DNA of 64,000 nucleotides from Escherichia coli (GTDB lineage Bacteria; Pseudomonadota; Gammaproteobacteria; Enterobacterales; Enterobacteriaceae): NCBI RefSeq assembly GCF_024298765.1, contig NZ_CP101210.1; one strand, 5' to 3'. Shown piece by piece: positions 50,994 to 62,656 of this stretch (position 1 is its first letter; each line of letters starts with the position of its first letter). The notes under the pieces were generated by a model. It saw only the letters and a program-made list of their open reading frames with translations, ran no database searches and was not told where the DNA came from. The position numbers and the translations under genes were made by a program.

Positions 50994-52331
50994 ATGAGTC
51001 AACAACACACAACCCAGGCTTCTGGCCAGGGGATGCTGGAACGCGTGTTTAAACTGCGCGAACATGGCACGACGGCACGGACCGAAGTGATCGCCGGTTT
51101 TACCACCTTCCTGACGATGGTTTACATCGTTTTTGTTAACCCGCAAATTCTTGGCGTTGCTGGCATGGATACCAGCGCCGTCTTCGTTACTACCTGTCTG
51201 ATTGCTGCATTCGGCAGTATTATGATGGGACTGTTTGCTAACCTGCCAGTTGCACTGGCACCCGCTATGGGCCTGAATGCGTTCTTCGCTTTTGTGGTTG
51301 TGCAGGCGATGGGCTTGCCGTGGCAGGTCGGGATGGGCGCAATCTTCTGGGGCGCGATTGGTCTGCTGTTACTGACGATTTTCCGCGTTCGCTACTGGAT
51401 GATAGCCAACATTCCGGTGAGTCTGCGTGTGGGCATTACCAGCGGTATCGGCCTGTTTATTGGCATGATGGGACTGAAGAATGCAGGTGTGATTGTCGCT
51501 AACCCGGAAACGCTGGTGAGCATCGGTAATCTGACTTCTCACAGCGTACTGCTGGGGATCCTCGGCTTCTTCATCATTGCTATTCTGGCCTCACGCAACA
51601 TTCACGCGGCGGTGCTGGTTTCCATCGTGGTGACGACGCTGCTGGGCTGGATGCTGGGTGATGTCCACTACAATGGCATCGTTTCTGCGCCGCCGAGCGT
51701 AATGAGTGTCGTGGGTCATGTAGATTTAGCCGGGTCGTTTAACCTCGGGCTGGCAGGGGTGATTTTCTCTTTCATGCTGGTCAACCTGTTTGACTCCTCC
51801 GGTACACTGATTGGCGTGACCGATAAAGCAGGACTGGCGGATGAAAAAGGTAAATTCCCGCGCATGAAGCAGGCACTGTATGTCGACAGCATCTCTTCCG
51901 TGACCGGTTCGTTTATCGGGACTTCTTCTGTTACGGCGTATATCGAGTCTTCTTCCGGCGTTTCCGTTGGGGGGCGTACCGGCCTGACGGCAGTGGTTGT
52001 CGGTCTGCTGTTCCTGCTGGTTATCTTCCTGTCGCCGCTGGCGGGGATGGTGCCGGGATATGCCGCAGCTGGCGCGCTGATCTATGTGGGCGTACTGATG
52101 ACCTCAAGTCTTGCTCGCGTGAACTGGCAGGATCTTACTGAATCTGTTCCGGCGTTTATTACCGCTGTGATGATGCCGTTCAGCTTTTCGATTACCGAAG
52201 GTATTGCGCTGGGCTTTATCTCCTACTGCGTGATGAAGATTGGTACCGGACGTCTGCGTGACATTAGCCCGTGCGTAATCATCGTTGCGCTGCTGTTTAT
52301 CCTGAAGATTGTGTTTATCGACGCTCACTAA
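50994..52331 (+). CDS. adeP: Adenine permease (NCS2/AzgA family)
   Basis: 445 aa polytopic membrane protein. Confidence 0.9.
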   Translation: MSQQHTTQASGQGMLERVFKLREHGTTARTEVIAGFTTFLTMVYIVFVNPQILGVAGMDTSAVFVTTCLIAAFGSIMMGLFANLPVALAPAMGLNAFFAFVVVQAMGLPWQVGMGAIFWGAIGLLLLTIFRVRYWMIANIPVSLRVGITSGIGLFIGMMGLKNAGVIVANPETLVSIGNLTSHSVLLGILGFFIIAILASRNIHAAVLVSIVVTTLLGWMLGDVHYNGIVSAPPSVMSVVGHVDLAGSFNLGLAGVIFSFMLVNLFDSSGTLIGVTDKAGLADEKGKFPRMKQALYVDSISSVTGSFIGTSSVTAYIESSSGVSVGGRTGLTAVVVGLLFLLVIFLSPLAGMVPGYAAAGALIYVGVLMTSSLARVNWQDLTESVPAFITAVMMPFSFSITEGIALGFISYCVMKIGTGRLRDISPCVIIVALLFILKIVFIDAH

Positions 52332-52346
52332 AATCGATAGCGCGTT

Positions 52347-52384
52347 AAAAACCCGCCATGCATGATTGCTGGCGGGTTTTTTAT
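52347..52384. terminator. Bidirectional Rho-independent terminator between adeP and chrR
   Basis: Hairpin acccgcca...tggcgggt flanked by A-run and T-run. Confidence 0.75.
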
Positions 52385-52951
52385 TTAGATCTTAACTCGC
52401 TGAATAAACTCACCAAATGCGGTCAATTGCCCGGTCAGGTGGTCCAGCGTACCCTGATCAATCACTTCCCCGGTTTGCGGATCAACTTTGTTCTGAATCA
52501 CGCCGCCCATAAATTCCGGCTTGTTCATCACCATTGCATCGAGGAAAACCAGAATCTGGCGCAGGTGATACTGACAGCGCGCGCCGCCAATCACGCCCAT
52601 TGAGCTGGTCTGAATCAATACCGGTTTACCTGCCAGCGGTTGATCCGGCAGGCGGGAAAGCCAGTCGATGGCATTTTTCAGCCCACCCGGTACCGAGTAG
52701 TTATATTCCGGCGTGACGATCACCACACCGTCAGCCTGACGGATCTGTTCCGCCAGAGCTTCAACCGTTGCTGGAAAACCGTCTTCCTGCTGTACGTCAG
52801 CGTCATACAGGGGAATGTCGGCAATGGAAGGTAACGCATTGATTTCCATGCTCGCCGGAGCAATTTTCGGCAGGGTACGTGCAACCATGCCATTAAATGA
52901 GCCTTTGCGCAGGCTCCCCAGTAACGTAACCACCTGCAATTTTTCAGACAT
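52385..52951 (-). CDS. chrR: NAD(P)H-dependent FMN reductase (chromate/quinone reductase)
   Basis: 188 aa flavodoxin-like reductase; recognised as YieF/ChrR. Confidence 0.9.
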   Translation of the reverse strand: MSEKLQVVTLLGSLRKGSFNGMVARTLPKIAPASMEINALPSIADIPLYDADVQQEDGFPATVEALAEQIRQADGVVIVTPEYNYSVPGGLKNAIDWLSRLPDQPLAGKPVLIQTSSMGVIGGARCQYHLRQILVFLDAMVMNKPEFMGGVIQNKVDPQTGEVIDQGTLDHLTGQLTAFGEFIQRVKI

Positions 52952-52972
52952 GATGACTCCTGTGGTTGTCTA

Positions 52973-53734
52973 TCAATTTGGCGAAAAAGCCTTCACGGTA
53001 GAGAGCTGGGCAAAACGCATCATCCGGCTGGTAGGATTGTTGGCGCGGCTGTGAATATCGGGCAGGCTTTTCCAGCCATGTTTGCCATCTAACTCCCAGA
53101 CACTGAGCTTTTCAATCGTGGGCGTGACCGCCACGGACCACACCAGCACGTCCTCCGCGTCGCATAACGCTTCTACATGATTTACATGAGCACATTTCAG
53201 GCGTCCGGCAATGGGCAGTAGTTGCAGATCGCGCGGATCGTCATTCAAAACATCACCGGTTAGTTTTAGCACGCTTCGGCGCAGCGTGATGAGCTGCGCC
53301 CGCGCTTCGTTAGGATCGTTTTGTTTACTGATCCATAGCGATTCATTGCTGGAAAAGGTGTGGTTATCGGGCGCGTGTGGGCTATGAAACCCGCGTGTCG
53401 CACGCTGTAGTTCCATATCGAGGCCACATTCACCTTCGGTTGTTAACGCCACGCCGACCATATTCCCGGCATAGGAAATAGAAAACGAAGGCAAATTTTT
53501 ATCGCTGAAAACCGGTTTTCCTTTCGGCAGGGTGACGATTTCCGGCAATTCGCCAATGCCATACAGCATGAACATCAGTTCTGCGAGTAAACCTCTGGAC
53601 GCCAGAAAACGGCTTTGACGATGAGGGGGAATGTTTCGGGCTTCTTGATGACACTGGGAGGGGAGACGAACAGAAATCAGATGTCCTTCCGTTAAAATCC
53701 CTCGGGCAAAGTGAGTCGCCATTTTTCGCTCCAT
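52973..53734 (-). CDS. yieE: Putative 4'-phosphopantetheinyl transferase-like protein
   Basis: ORF as in the track (253 aa); an alternative start lies 4 codons downstream (MATHF...). Conserved position between chrR and yidZ. Confidence 0.8.
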   Translation of the reverse strand: MERKMATHFARGILTEGHLISVRLPSQCHQEARNIPPHRQSRFLASRGLLAELMFMLYGIGELPEIVTLPKGKPVFSDKNLPSFSISYAGNMVGVALTTEGECGLDMELQRATRGFHSPHAPDNHTFSSNESLWISKQNDPNEARAQLITLRRSVLKLTGDVLNDDPRDLQLLPIAGRLKCAHVNHVEALCDAEDVLVWSVAVTPTIEKLSVWELDGKHGWKSLPDIHSRANNPTSRMMRFAQLSTVKAFSPN

Positions 53735-53878
53735 GCTTAATGGTCCATTATGAATACAAGAGTAATCATTTACTGGAATGATGGACAGACTAAAGCGGCT
53801 AAAAGTTCGATTCAGACAAGCTTATTACAACTTTTTTACATTTTATTGTGAAATTGGGTCGCGTTTCATACGATTCGG

Positions 53879-54838
53879 TTATGCCATCGACGCGTAAAGA
53901 TTTTTAATGGTTTCCCGTAACCAGACGATCTTCGGATTACGGCTGTTCCGTTTATGCCACAGAAGGGTAAAAGGGACTTCCAGCTTTTTTTGCTGGCTTT
54001 CATCAAACGGGAGAGGAAGAGCAACCAACGGCAGTTGGTGGAGTTGATTGTAGTACTGGCAGTAGCGCGGCGCGGTCGCCAGTAGCAGATTGTCGGGCTG
54101 TGCTGCCATAAACAGTGACTGCTCGAATTCCGGCAGGCTCATAGCAATCGTGCGTTCGCGCCCCAGCTCCTGTAACACATTGTCCAGCGCCCAGGTATCG
54201 CTCTGTTCCCAGCAAATGCTGATATGCGGATAACGTAAAAAGGTGTCCAGATTCCATGCTTCATGCAGTGCCGGATGATCTTTGCGTAACCAGACGCAGG
54301 GCACATCACTAAACAGCACTTCATAATCAATGGCTAACGGTAGCGAGCTTAACAGCTCCCGCGAACGGGGATGACTTTCGCGACCGGAAAAACCAATATC
54401 CACTTCACCACGAGTAATGGCATCTAAGGAATCGTAATCCCAGTTACGTAATTTGATGGTCGCCTGCGGGTAACGTTGGTAGATCCGTTTCGACAGCGCA
54501 TTAAGCATGATCATCATTAGCGGTGATTCTGCTGCCAGTTCAAACTTCAGGCCGCGCGGTGTCTGGTGGTGCGGTTTATCCAGCAGCAGGTTGCTCATTT
54601 GCATCCACTCCGCCAGATTTTGCTCCATGCTGACCATTAGCGGTGTGGGCGACAGCCCCAGCGGTGAGTTCACAAAGAGCGGGTCGTCAAACCACGCTCT
54701 TAACTTTGCCAGCGACTTACTCACCGCCGAAGGGGTCACGTTCATCCGCTTCGCCGCTTTGGTCACGCTGCGCTCCTGCATCAGCAGTTGCAGACAGAGC
54801 AGCAGATTGAGATCAAGCGTGGTGATGGATTTCTTCAT
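53879..54838 (-). CDS. yidZ: LysR-family transcriptional regulator
   Basis: Start placed at the ATG at 54838 ([13 protein letters not shown]), 319 aa; N-terminal HTH; overlaps the mdtL 3' end. Confidence 0.88.
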   Translation of the reverse strand: MKKSITTLDLNLLLCLQLLMQERSVTKAAKRMNVTPSAVSKSLAKLRAWFDDPLFVNSPLGLSPTPLMVSMEQNLAEWMQMSNLLLDKPHHQTPRGLKFELAAESPLMMIMLNALSKRIYQRYPQATIKLRNWDYDSLDAITRGEVDIGFSGRESHPRSRELLSSLPLAIDYEVLFSDVPCVWLRKDHPALHEAWNLDTFLRYPHISICWEQSDTWALDNVLQELGRERTIAMSLPEFEQSLFMAAQPDNLLLATAPRYCQYYNQLHQLPLVALPLPFDESQQKKLEVPFTLLWHKRNSRNPKIVWLRETIKNLYASMA

Positions 54839-55988
54839 GAGCGGCAATCGGGCGTCCAGGCGCGACGAACATAATCAGCAACAGGCTCACTATGCTACAG
54901 GCAATCAGAATCCCGATCAGCATATTCCATGCGCCGATACCAACCACCGCCGCCAGCCAAATCCACAGTGACGAACCGCAAACTTGCGCAATACCTAAGG
55001 TCGAGCTGGCTACGCCCGCGCGTAATGAAAACGGCCCTAACGCCTGACTCATCGCTACGCCAAAACCTACCGAGAAACCGGCGCAAATCAGCGTGATACC
55101 AAACAGCGAAACCGCATGGGAAGGTGAAACGGCAAGGGTGATCCCCGTCGCCAGGAATAACACCTGCGAGGTGATCATCAACGTACGTGGCTTAAAAATT
55201 CCCAGCGCAAATGGTGTGGAAAATGAAACGGTCATGCTGACGCCAGCGGTCAACGCCATAATGGTGGCGTATTCTCCGCGCTCAAAACCCATGATTTCCA
55301 TCAGCAATACTGGCGACGTGTTGACGAAGGTGAGGATCACCGAAACGCTGAGGGTGGTGATAACAACACGGCTGAGGAAAAACCGGTTAAGCAGTGACTC
55401 GCTATTTTCTCGTGGTTTGTCCGAAGTTGTGGGGGCCGCAGGGCGCGTTTCTTTTAAAATAAACAAAGACAACATCAGTACTGCGATGCCCATTATTGCC
55501 ATTGTCCAGAACAGACTCTGCCATGGGAATTTAAGCATAATCAGGTGTCCGAGCACCGGCGCTAACACCGGAATGATGCAGGTAATGCCGTTGAGTAACG
55601 ACAGCACTTTAGCCCGACGTCGATCATCCAGTGTGTCGCGTAAAATGGCGAACGCAACCACGTAACAACAGCCCGCGCCCAGCCCCTGTAGAAAGCGCCC
55701 TGCAAGAAATAACGTGCTGGTTTCAGCCAGTGAACAGAACACCGAGGCGATAATAAATAGCGCCGCGCCGGGTATGGCGACAGGCTTTCTCCCTGAACGA
55801 TCGGCCACTTTACCGGCAAATAACATCGCAGCTGCCATGCCCGCCAGATAAACGGAGAACGCAATATGCAACTGCGCTTCGCTGGCATTGAGATCGGCGG
55901 CGATGCGCGGTAAACCAACGAGGTACATATCAATCCCGGCGGGATAAAGTAAAACCAGGGCAAAACTACAAATCAAAAAGCGGGACAT
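54813..55988 (-). CDS. mdtL: MFS multidrug efflux transporter
   Basis: 391 aa, 12-TM MFS protein. Confidence 0.92.
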   Translation of the reverse strand: MSRFLICSFALVLLYPAGIDMYLVGLPRIAADLNASEAQLHIAFSVYLAGMAAAMLFAGKVADRSGRKPVAIPGAALFIIASVFCSLAETSTLFLAGRFLQGLGAGCCYVVAFAILRDTLDDRRRAKVLSLLNGITCIIPVLAPVLGHLIMLKFPWQSLFWTMAIMGIAVLMLSLFILKETRPAAPTTSDKPRENSESLLNRFFLSRVVITTLSVSVILTFVNTSPVLLMEIMGFERGEYATIMALTAGVSMTVSFSTPFALGIFKPRTLMITSQVLFLATGITLAVSPSHAVSLFGITLICAGFSVGFGVAMSQALGPFSLRAGVASSTLGIAQVCGSSLWIWLAAVVGIGAWNMLIGILIACSIVSLLLIMFVAPGRPIAAHEEIHHHA

Positions 55989-56049
55989 GGGCTAAAGCGT
56001 CCTGATAGTAAGGTGACGCAAAGCATACGTGGTGAAGGAGGATCAGGCG

Positions 56050-56200
56050 AGTTGCCATTTGGACATAAGTGATTTCCTGAGAGGCAAGAAGCCAGCGAAT
56101 GGCTGGCTTCTATACTCGTCATACTTCAAGTTGCATGTGCTGCGTCTGCGTTCGTTCACCCCAGTCACTTACTTTAGTAAGCTCCTGGGGATTCACTCAC
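56050..56200. repeat. ERIC-like (enterobacterial repetitive intergenic consensus) element
   Basis: Contains the ERIC core rc caccccagtcacttac...gtaagctcctggggattcac and the internal gtcatacttcaagttgcatgtgctgcg segment, in the mdtL-tnaB intergenic region. Confidence 0.75.
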
Positions 56201-56246
56201 TTGTCGCCTTCCTGCAACTCGAATTATTTAGAGTATAAGTGGCTGT

Positions 56247-57494
56247 TTAGCCAAATTTAGGTAACACGTTAAAGACGTTACCGAACCAGCATAAAATTAC
56301 GGTTATACCAAAGAGAATGACAATCGCCGGAATAAGATTGCCGCCCCAGACCGTGAACATCTGATTGGGAAACTTCTTGCGAGCTTTGATTGCCAGCACC
56401 GCGGGGATAATGACCGCCCAGATGGTGGCACACAGTCCGGCACCGCCGATCCCGTAAATGAAGCCGTTCGGGAAGATCAGATACAACAACGCAGGTGGCA
56501 GGAAGGTTAACAGCACGGTTTTGAAACGCCCGGCGTGGGAGTTATCAATCTTAAACAGATCCGCCAGATAATCGAACAATCCCAGCGTGACACCAAAGAA
56601 CGAACTGGCAACAGCTAAGTTGGAGAACACCAGCAGGCAAAACTCGATAATGCCATGCTGTTTGGTGCCGAGGAACGATTTCACCAGCGAATCAACGTTG
56701 CCGCCTGAGGAGATTATCGCCTTAAAGCTTTCTCGCGGGATATTCCCCATCGTGCAATAGAGCCAGAAGAGATAAATCACCAGCGCCAGCAGCGAACCGA
56801 AGACCACGCTTTTGATTAGCTTATCTTTGCGTTTGCCATAGCAAATAATCAGGCTGGGAATATTGCCGTGGAAACCAAATGACGCCAGACACACCGGCAA
56901 AGCCATAAAGATATACGGGAAATAAGATGTTCCCGCCGTGGTGCTGGTGGCATCGCGCAGAATGGAGTAATCGACCTGGAAGAAGAAAGAACCAAAAACA
57001 ATTACAAAGGAGATAATCTTCAGCCCAAGGAACAATGAGGTAATACGACTGGCGGCTAACGAACTTATCCACAATACGCTGGCAACGAAAATGGCAGTGC
57101 AGATCCCGACAATACGTGGATTAGCATGATAACCCAAATTCATTGATATCGTTTCACTAATGATCGCACCATTAGCAGAGATATAGGCATAAGTGAGGAT
57201 GTAGAGAACGAAGGCAACGGTAATACCGCTGATAATGTTCCAGGTGTTACCGATTAAATCTTTGGTGATGGTGTTAAAACTGGATCCGACGGGATAATTT
57301 AAGTTTGCTTCTAATAATAATAGCCCTGAATGTAACATTGAAAACCAGGCGATAATAAGAATAAAAGCGCCCCAAAAAAACCAGGCTCCGGCAAGGTCAA
57401 CAGGTAAAGCAAACATCCCACCGCCAATTACTGTACCGGCTATAACCATAACACCCCAAAATGCAGAGTGTTTTTTTTCTGATTGATCAGTCAT
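56247..57494 (-). CDS. tnaB: Low-affinity tryptophan permease
   Basis: 415 aa aromatic amino acid permease directly downstream of tnaA. Confidence 0.95.
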   Translation of the reverse strand: MTDQSEKKHSAFWGVMVIAGTVIGGGMFALPVDLAGAWFFWGAFILIIAWFSMLHSGLLLLEANLNYPVGSSFNTITKDLIGNTWNIISGITVAFVLYILTYAYISANGAIISETISMNLGYHANPRIVGICTAIFVASVLWISSLAASRITSLFLGLKIISFVIVFGSFFFQVDYSILRDATSTTAGTSYFPYIFMALPVCLASFGFHGNIPSLIICYGKRKDKLIKSVVFGSLLALVIYLFWLYCTMGNIPRESFKAIISSGGNVDSLVKSFLGTKQHGIIEFCLLVFSNLAVASSFFGVTLGLFDYLADLFKIDNSHAGRFKTVLLTFLPPALLYLIFPNGFIYGIGGAGLCATIWAVIIPAVLAIKARKKFPNQMFTVWGGNLIPAIVILFGITVILCWFGNVFNVLPKFG

Positions 57495-57585
57495 GATGCC
57501 ACCTTTAGAGGAAGGCTATTTTTGTTATTGAGGATGTAGGGTAATAGAGTGGCTAACATCCTTATAGCCACTCTGAGTGTTTTAA

Positions 57586-59001
57586 TTAAACTTCTTTCAG
57601 TTTTGCGGTGAAGTGACGCAATACTTTCGGTTCGTAGGTAAAGGTTAACCCTTTAATATTCGCCGCGTTCTCTTTCACATGTTTAAAGACTTCAATAATG
57701 AAGTCCATATGTGTTTGAGTATATGTTGCGCGCGGAATGGTTAAACGCAGCAGTTCAGCCGGGCATGGCAGTTGTTTACCGGTTTTCGGATCGCGGCCTA
57801 ACAGGAAAGAGCCAATTTCTACCGCACGGATACCGGCGACTTTATACAGCTCGCAGGCCAGCGCCTGTGCCGGGAACTGATCTGCCGGGATATGCGGCAA
57901 CAGTTTACCTGCATCAACGAATGCCGCGTGACCGCCCGCCTGCTGACAGACAACGCCAATCTCTTCCAGACCATCGACCAGATACTGCACCTGCGCGATA
58001 CGATAAGCCAGCCAGTCCAGATTCATGCCGTCATACAGACCTACCGCCAGACGCTCCATAGCGCCGCCTTCCAGGCCGCCATATGTCGGGAAGCCTTCCT
58101 GCACCACGCAAAGGGTTCTGCATTCGGTATACACATCAAAGAAGCTGTCGTCTTTCATGCACAGCAGGCCGCCCATCGGCACCATCGCATCTTTCTTGGC
58201 GGACATCGCCAGCATATCGGCATATTTGTAGGTTTCGCGGGTGATCTGCTCGATGGTCCAGTCTTTGTATTCTGCTTCACGCTGCTTGATGAAATAGGCG
58301 TTTTCGGCAAAGCGTGCGGAGTCCATGACCACCGGAATATCGTATTTCTTCGCGATGCTGTACATCGCTTTTAAGTTTGCCAGTGAAACCGGCTGACCAC
58401 CTGCGGAGTTACTGGTGATGGTTGCAACGATATACGGCACGTTATTCGGGCCAACTTCTTCAATACCGCGTTCTAATCCCTCAAGGTCAAAGTTGCCTTT
58501 AAAGTCGTAACGCACGCCAGTATCGAAGGCTTCTTTGATATAGACGTTACGCACGGTACAGCCGTTAATCTGGCTATGGCCCTGAGTGGTATCAAAGAAA
58601 TAGTTAGAGAACGCCACCATTTTGCTGCGATCCAGGCCTTTTTCCTGCTCGCGTTTTTTAATCAGTACCGGAATATAGATTTGCTCTGCACCACGGCCCT
58701 GGTGAGTCGGAATAGTGTATTGATAACCAAAGATATTTTTCACTGACTCGGCTAACGCGTAGTAGCTGCGGCTGCCGCTGTAGGCTTCGTCGCCACGCAT
58801 CATCGCGGCCTGCATACTCTGCGTCACCGCCCCGGTGCCGCTGTCGGTCAGTAAATCGATAAACACATCTTCGCTATCCAGCAGGAACGGGTTCATACCG
58901 GATTTAATAATTGCCTCTTCACGATAAGCGCGAGTGGTACGTTTTACTGGCTCAATAACACGAATGCGGAACGGTTCAGGGAGATGTTTAAAGTTTTCCA
59001 T
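57586..59001 (-). CDS. tnaA: Tryptophanase
   Basis: Start placed at the ATG at 59001 ([18 protein letters not shown]), 471 aa; PLP enzyme. Confidence 0.95.
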   Translation of the reverse strand: MENFKHLPEPFRIRVIEPVKRTTRAYREEAIIKSGMNPFLLDSEDVFIDLLTDSGTGAVTQSMQAAMMRGDEAYSGSRSYYALAESVKNIFGYQYTIPTHQGRGAEQIYIPVLIKKREQEKGLDRSKMVAFSNYFFDTTQGHSQINGCTVRNVYIKEAFDTGVRYDFKGNFDLEGLERGIEEVGPNNVPYIVATITSNSAGGQPVSLANLKAMYSIAKKYDIPVVMDSARFAENAYFIKQREAEYKDWTIEQITRETYKYADMLAMSAKKDAMVPMGGLLCMKDDSFFDVYTECRTLCVVQEGFPTYGGLEGGAMERLAVGLYDGMNLDWLAYRIAQVQYLVDGLEEIGVVCQQAGGHAAFVDAGKLLPHIPADQFPAQALACELYKVAGIRAVEIGSFLLGRDPKTGKQLPCPAELLRLTIPRATYTQTHMDFIIEVFKHVKENAANIKGLTFTYEPKVLRHFTAKLKEV

Positions 59002-59221
59002 TACATAATCCTTCATTTATTTTAATTACAGTGATCCCTGTGAATATTACATTTACAATATCTATTAATTCGCCAGATATATATGCAAGCACCATCATTT
59101 ACTAAAACAAGTAAATAAACGAGAGATGGCCTTTGTAAAAGGCAAAATTAAGATATAGCAAACAAATAGATCACATTGAATCTAATCGGTTTGGCTCTGG
59201 TGATGGCTACAGAAGGGCAAA
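59002..59221 (-). promoter_or_regulatory. tnaC-tnaA spacer (site of Rho-dependent attenuation)
   Basis: About 220-nt untranslated spacer between the leader peptide stop and tnaA; the attenuation function is from established knowledge of the tna operon. Confidence 0.6.
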
Positions 59222-59296
59222 TCAAGGGCGGTGATCGACAATCTTGTTGTCAATATTAAACCATTTTGAGGTCACACATATATGTAAGATATTCAT
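59222..59296 (-). CDS. tnaC: tna operon leader peptide (24 aa)
   Basis: Not in the ORF track. rc of 59222-59296 translates to MNILHICVTSKWFNIDNKIVDHRP-stop, with the single regulatory Trp at codon 12. Confidence 0.95.
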   Translation of the reverse strand: MNILHICVTSKWFNIDNKIVDHRP

Positions 59297-59492
59297 AATG
59301 CACTTATCCTCGAAAGACACGAGGCTACAGTATAATACTCAAGGAATTTGTCTATTCTGAAATTGTTTAAATGTGAATCGAATCACAATCGTTCGGGACG
59401 CAATATTAAATATCTTTTTTAAAGATTATAAATTACGTAAGAATTTTAATGTTTAAAAAAGGGTTGAGGAATAACAGGAGTGCTAACAATGA

Positions 59493-59528
59493 AGCGAAGC
59501 CGCATCTGACAGTCAGAATGCGGCTTCG
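59493..59528. terminator. Perfect 12-bp stem hairpin just 3' of mnmE (candidate terminator or REP-like palindrome)
   Basis: gcgaagccgcat / atgcggcttcgc around a palindromic loop ctgacagtcag, 10 bp after the mnmE stop; no clean U-tract. Confidence 0.35.
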
Positions 59529-59537
59529 CAAGCGCGG

Positions 59538-60902
59538 TTACTTACCAATACAGAAGCTGGAGAAAATTCGCCCCAGCAGGTCGTCAGAAGTAAATTCCCC
59601 GGTGATCTCGCTTAAGTTCTGCTGCGCCAGACGCAGTTCTTCCGCCAGCAGCTCGCCTGCCCAGGCTCCTAACAGTTGCGCTTTACCCTGTTGCAGGTGC
59701 TCTGCCGCCTGTTCCAGTGCCTGTAGGTGACGACGACGCGCCAGGAAGCCGCCTTCCATATTGGTGTCAAAGCCCATGCTCTGTTTGAGATGGTTACGCA
59801 GCACATCCACGCCTTCGCCAGTCCGCGCCGAAAGACGAATTAACGCGTGACCGTTCACTTCGCTCATCCCCAACGTTTCGCCGGTGATATCGGCTTTATT
59901 GCGCACCACGGTGATCGGCAGTTTCGCTGGCAGACGGGCGATAAATTCCGGCCAGATCTCTGCCGGATCAACGGCGTCTGTCGTGGTGCCATCGACCATA
60001 AACAGCACGCGGTCTGCCTGTTCAATTTCCTGCCATGCGCGCTCGATACCAATACGTTCAACTTCGTCACTGGCTTCACGTAGCCCGGCGGTGTCGATGA
60101 TATGCAGCGGCATTCCGTCAATGTGGATATGCTCACGCAACACGTCACGCGTAGTTCCGGCGATATCGGTTACGATTGCTGCTTCACGGCCAGCCAGCGC
60201 GTTTAACAGGCTCGATTTACCGGCGTTAGGACGTCCGGCAATCACCACTTTCATCCCTTCGCGCAACAAACTACCCTGACGTGCTTCAGCACGCACTGCA
60301 TCGAGATCGGCAATCACGTCATTAAGCTGGGCTTCAATTTTGCCGTCGGAGAGGAAATCGATCTCTTCATCGGGGAAATCAATTGCCGCTTCAACGTAAA
60401 TGCGCAAGTGGGTGAGGGCTTCTACCAGATGATTAACCCGTGCGGAGAATGCGCCTTGCAGCGAGTTAAGTGCCGAACGGGCCGCCTGTTCCGAACTGGC
60501 GTCGATAAGATCCGCAATCGCCTCGGCCTGGGCTAAGTCGAGTTTATCGTTAAGAAACGCGCGTTCGGAAAACTCACCAGGGCGAGCAATCCGCAGGCCG
60601 GGAATGGTCAGAATGCGTTTTAACAGCAGGTCGAGGATCACCGGACCGCCATGACCTTGCAGTTCCAGCACATCTTCGCCGGTGAACGAGTTCGGGCCAG
60701 GGAACCATAGCGCAATCCCCTGATCGAGCACGCTGCCGTCGGCGTCTTTAAACGGAAGATAATCGGCGTAGCGCGGCTTAGGCAGTTTACCCAGCACGGT
60801 TTCGGCAACTTCACGGGCTTTGAAGCCGGAGATGCGCAGGATGCCAACGCCGCCACGTCCCGGAGGCGTGGCCTGGGCTACGATAGTGTCATTATCGCTC
60901 AT
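59538..60902 (-). CDS. mnmE: tRNA modification GTPase
   Basis: 454 aa; G-domain P-loop [10 protein letters not shown]-terminal CIGK motif. Confidence 0.95.
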
Positions 60903-60951
60903 GATGTTCCTGTTGCTTTGTGTGGCGGATGTGCGGTGCTTATCCGCCCTA

Positions 60952-60982
60952 CGAAAAGAAAAAAGGCGGTCAACTGACCGCC
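60952..60982 (-). terminator. Rho-independent terminator after yidC
   Basis: On the minus strand, hairpin ggcggtcagttgaccgcc followed by ttttttctttt. Confidence 0.7.
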
Positions 60983-61007
60983 CTTATTTTAGCGAAAACT
61001 CACCGAA

Positions 61008-62654
61008 TCAGGATTTTTTCTTCTCGCGGCTATGCAGGCCACGTTTTTCCAGACCACGGTAAATCAGCTGCTGCTGAATAATGGTTACCAGGTTGCTGAC
61101 GATATAGTACAGCACCAGACCTGACGGGAACCACAGGAAGAACACAGTGAAGATGACCGGCATAAAGGTCATGATCTTCTGCTGCATCGGGTCGGTCACA
61201 GTGGTCGGCGACATCTTCTGAATGAAGAACATCGTTACGCCCATCAGGATCGGCAGGATGTAGTACGGGTCCTGTGCAGACAGGTCGTGGATCCACAGTG
61301 CAAACGGTGCCTGACGCAGTTCAACGGAACCCATCAGCATGTAGTACAACGCCAGGAAGATTGGCATCTGGATCAGCAGTGGGAAGCAGCCGCCCAGCGG
61401 GTTAACCTTCTCAGCTTTGTACAGCGCCATCATTTCCTGGCTGATACGCTGTTTGTCATCGCCCAGACGCTCACGCATTGCCTGAATCTTCGGCTGCAGC
61501 ATACGCATCTTCGCCATGGAGGTGTACTGCGCTTTGGTCAGCGGGTACATGATGCCACGAACGATAAAGGTGATGATGATAATGGAGAAGCCCCAGTTAC
61601 CCACAAAGCTATGGATCCATTTCAGCAGTTTGAACAGCGGCTGAGAGATGAACCACAACCAACCGTAATCAACGGTCAGATCCAGGTGCGGAGCAACAGC
61701 TGCCATTTTGTCCTGAATTTCCGGGCCAACCCACAGGGTGCTGTTCATCGCGCCAGTCTGACCAGGCTGAACCAGTACCGGCTGAGATTTATAGCCGATA
61801 GCGGCGATGCCGTTACCCAGATTAGCGGTATAGAAGTTGTTGGTACCGTCGTTATGCGGGATCCACGCCGTCGCGAAATACTGTTGCAGCATTGCCACCC
61901 AACCACCTTTCGAAGAGATGTTCAGGTTTTCGTTATCGGCAATGGTATCGAACTTGTATTTCTCGTACTTCTCGTCAGGCGTGGAGTACGCCGCGCCGCG
62001 GAAGGTGTGCAGTGCGAAGTTGCTGCTTCCGGTATCGAGATGCGGTGGCAGAGTGATGGATTGCTTCAACTGACCAAAGGTGGAGATTTCCAGCGGTTTC
62101 TCGCCAGCGTTCTGCACGTTGTAGTTGACGTTGACAGCGTAATCACCACGTTTCAGGACAAACGTTTTGGTAAACGTGTTACCTGCCGCGTCGGTATACG
62201 TCATCGGCACCTGCAGTTCGTTTTGACCTTCAGCCAGCACATAAGCGTCTTTTTCAACGTTATACAGCGGACGCGGGCCGTTAGCCGGGTTATCCGGGCC
62301 ATCACGACCGGTCAGACCGCTCTGTGCCTGATAAATAAACTGCGGTGAAGTTTCCAGCAGCTGGAACGGCTGGGTAGAGTTCAGCTCTTTCGGGTAAGCA
62401 GGCAGCAGAGCTTGCTCAACATCACCACCACGGGTGTTGATGGTCAGATCAAGCACGTCGGTCTTAACCGAGATCAGTTTCCCCTGGCCACTGGCCGGTA
62501 CGCCCTGGTCGGCGGCGCTACCCGCTGCGGTGGTCGTTGTCTGCGTGGTCTGTTGGGCCTGAGGTTGCGGGTTTTTATCCTGCTCCCAGGCTTGCCAGAT
62601 CATGAAAGACACGAACAGCAAAGCGATGACTAAAAGATTGCGTTGCGAATCCAT
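61008..62654 (-). CDS. yidC: Membrane protein insertase
   Basis: 548 aa; N-terminal TM, large periplasmic domain and C-terminal 5-TM core. Confidence 0.95.
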
Positions 62655-62656
62655 CG

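Noticed and set aside
56029-56238. 69-aa plus-strand ORF
   Set aside because: Falls within the ERIC-like repeat; ERIC elements frequently contain spurious short ORFs.
59449-59730. 93-aa plus-strand ORF
   Set aside because: Overlaps the mnmE 3' end in antisense; Ser/Ala/Cys-rich low-complexity translation.
61287-62348. 353-aa ORF on the plus strand
   Set aside because: Antisense to yidC; no RBS, and the composition mirrors the sense gene.
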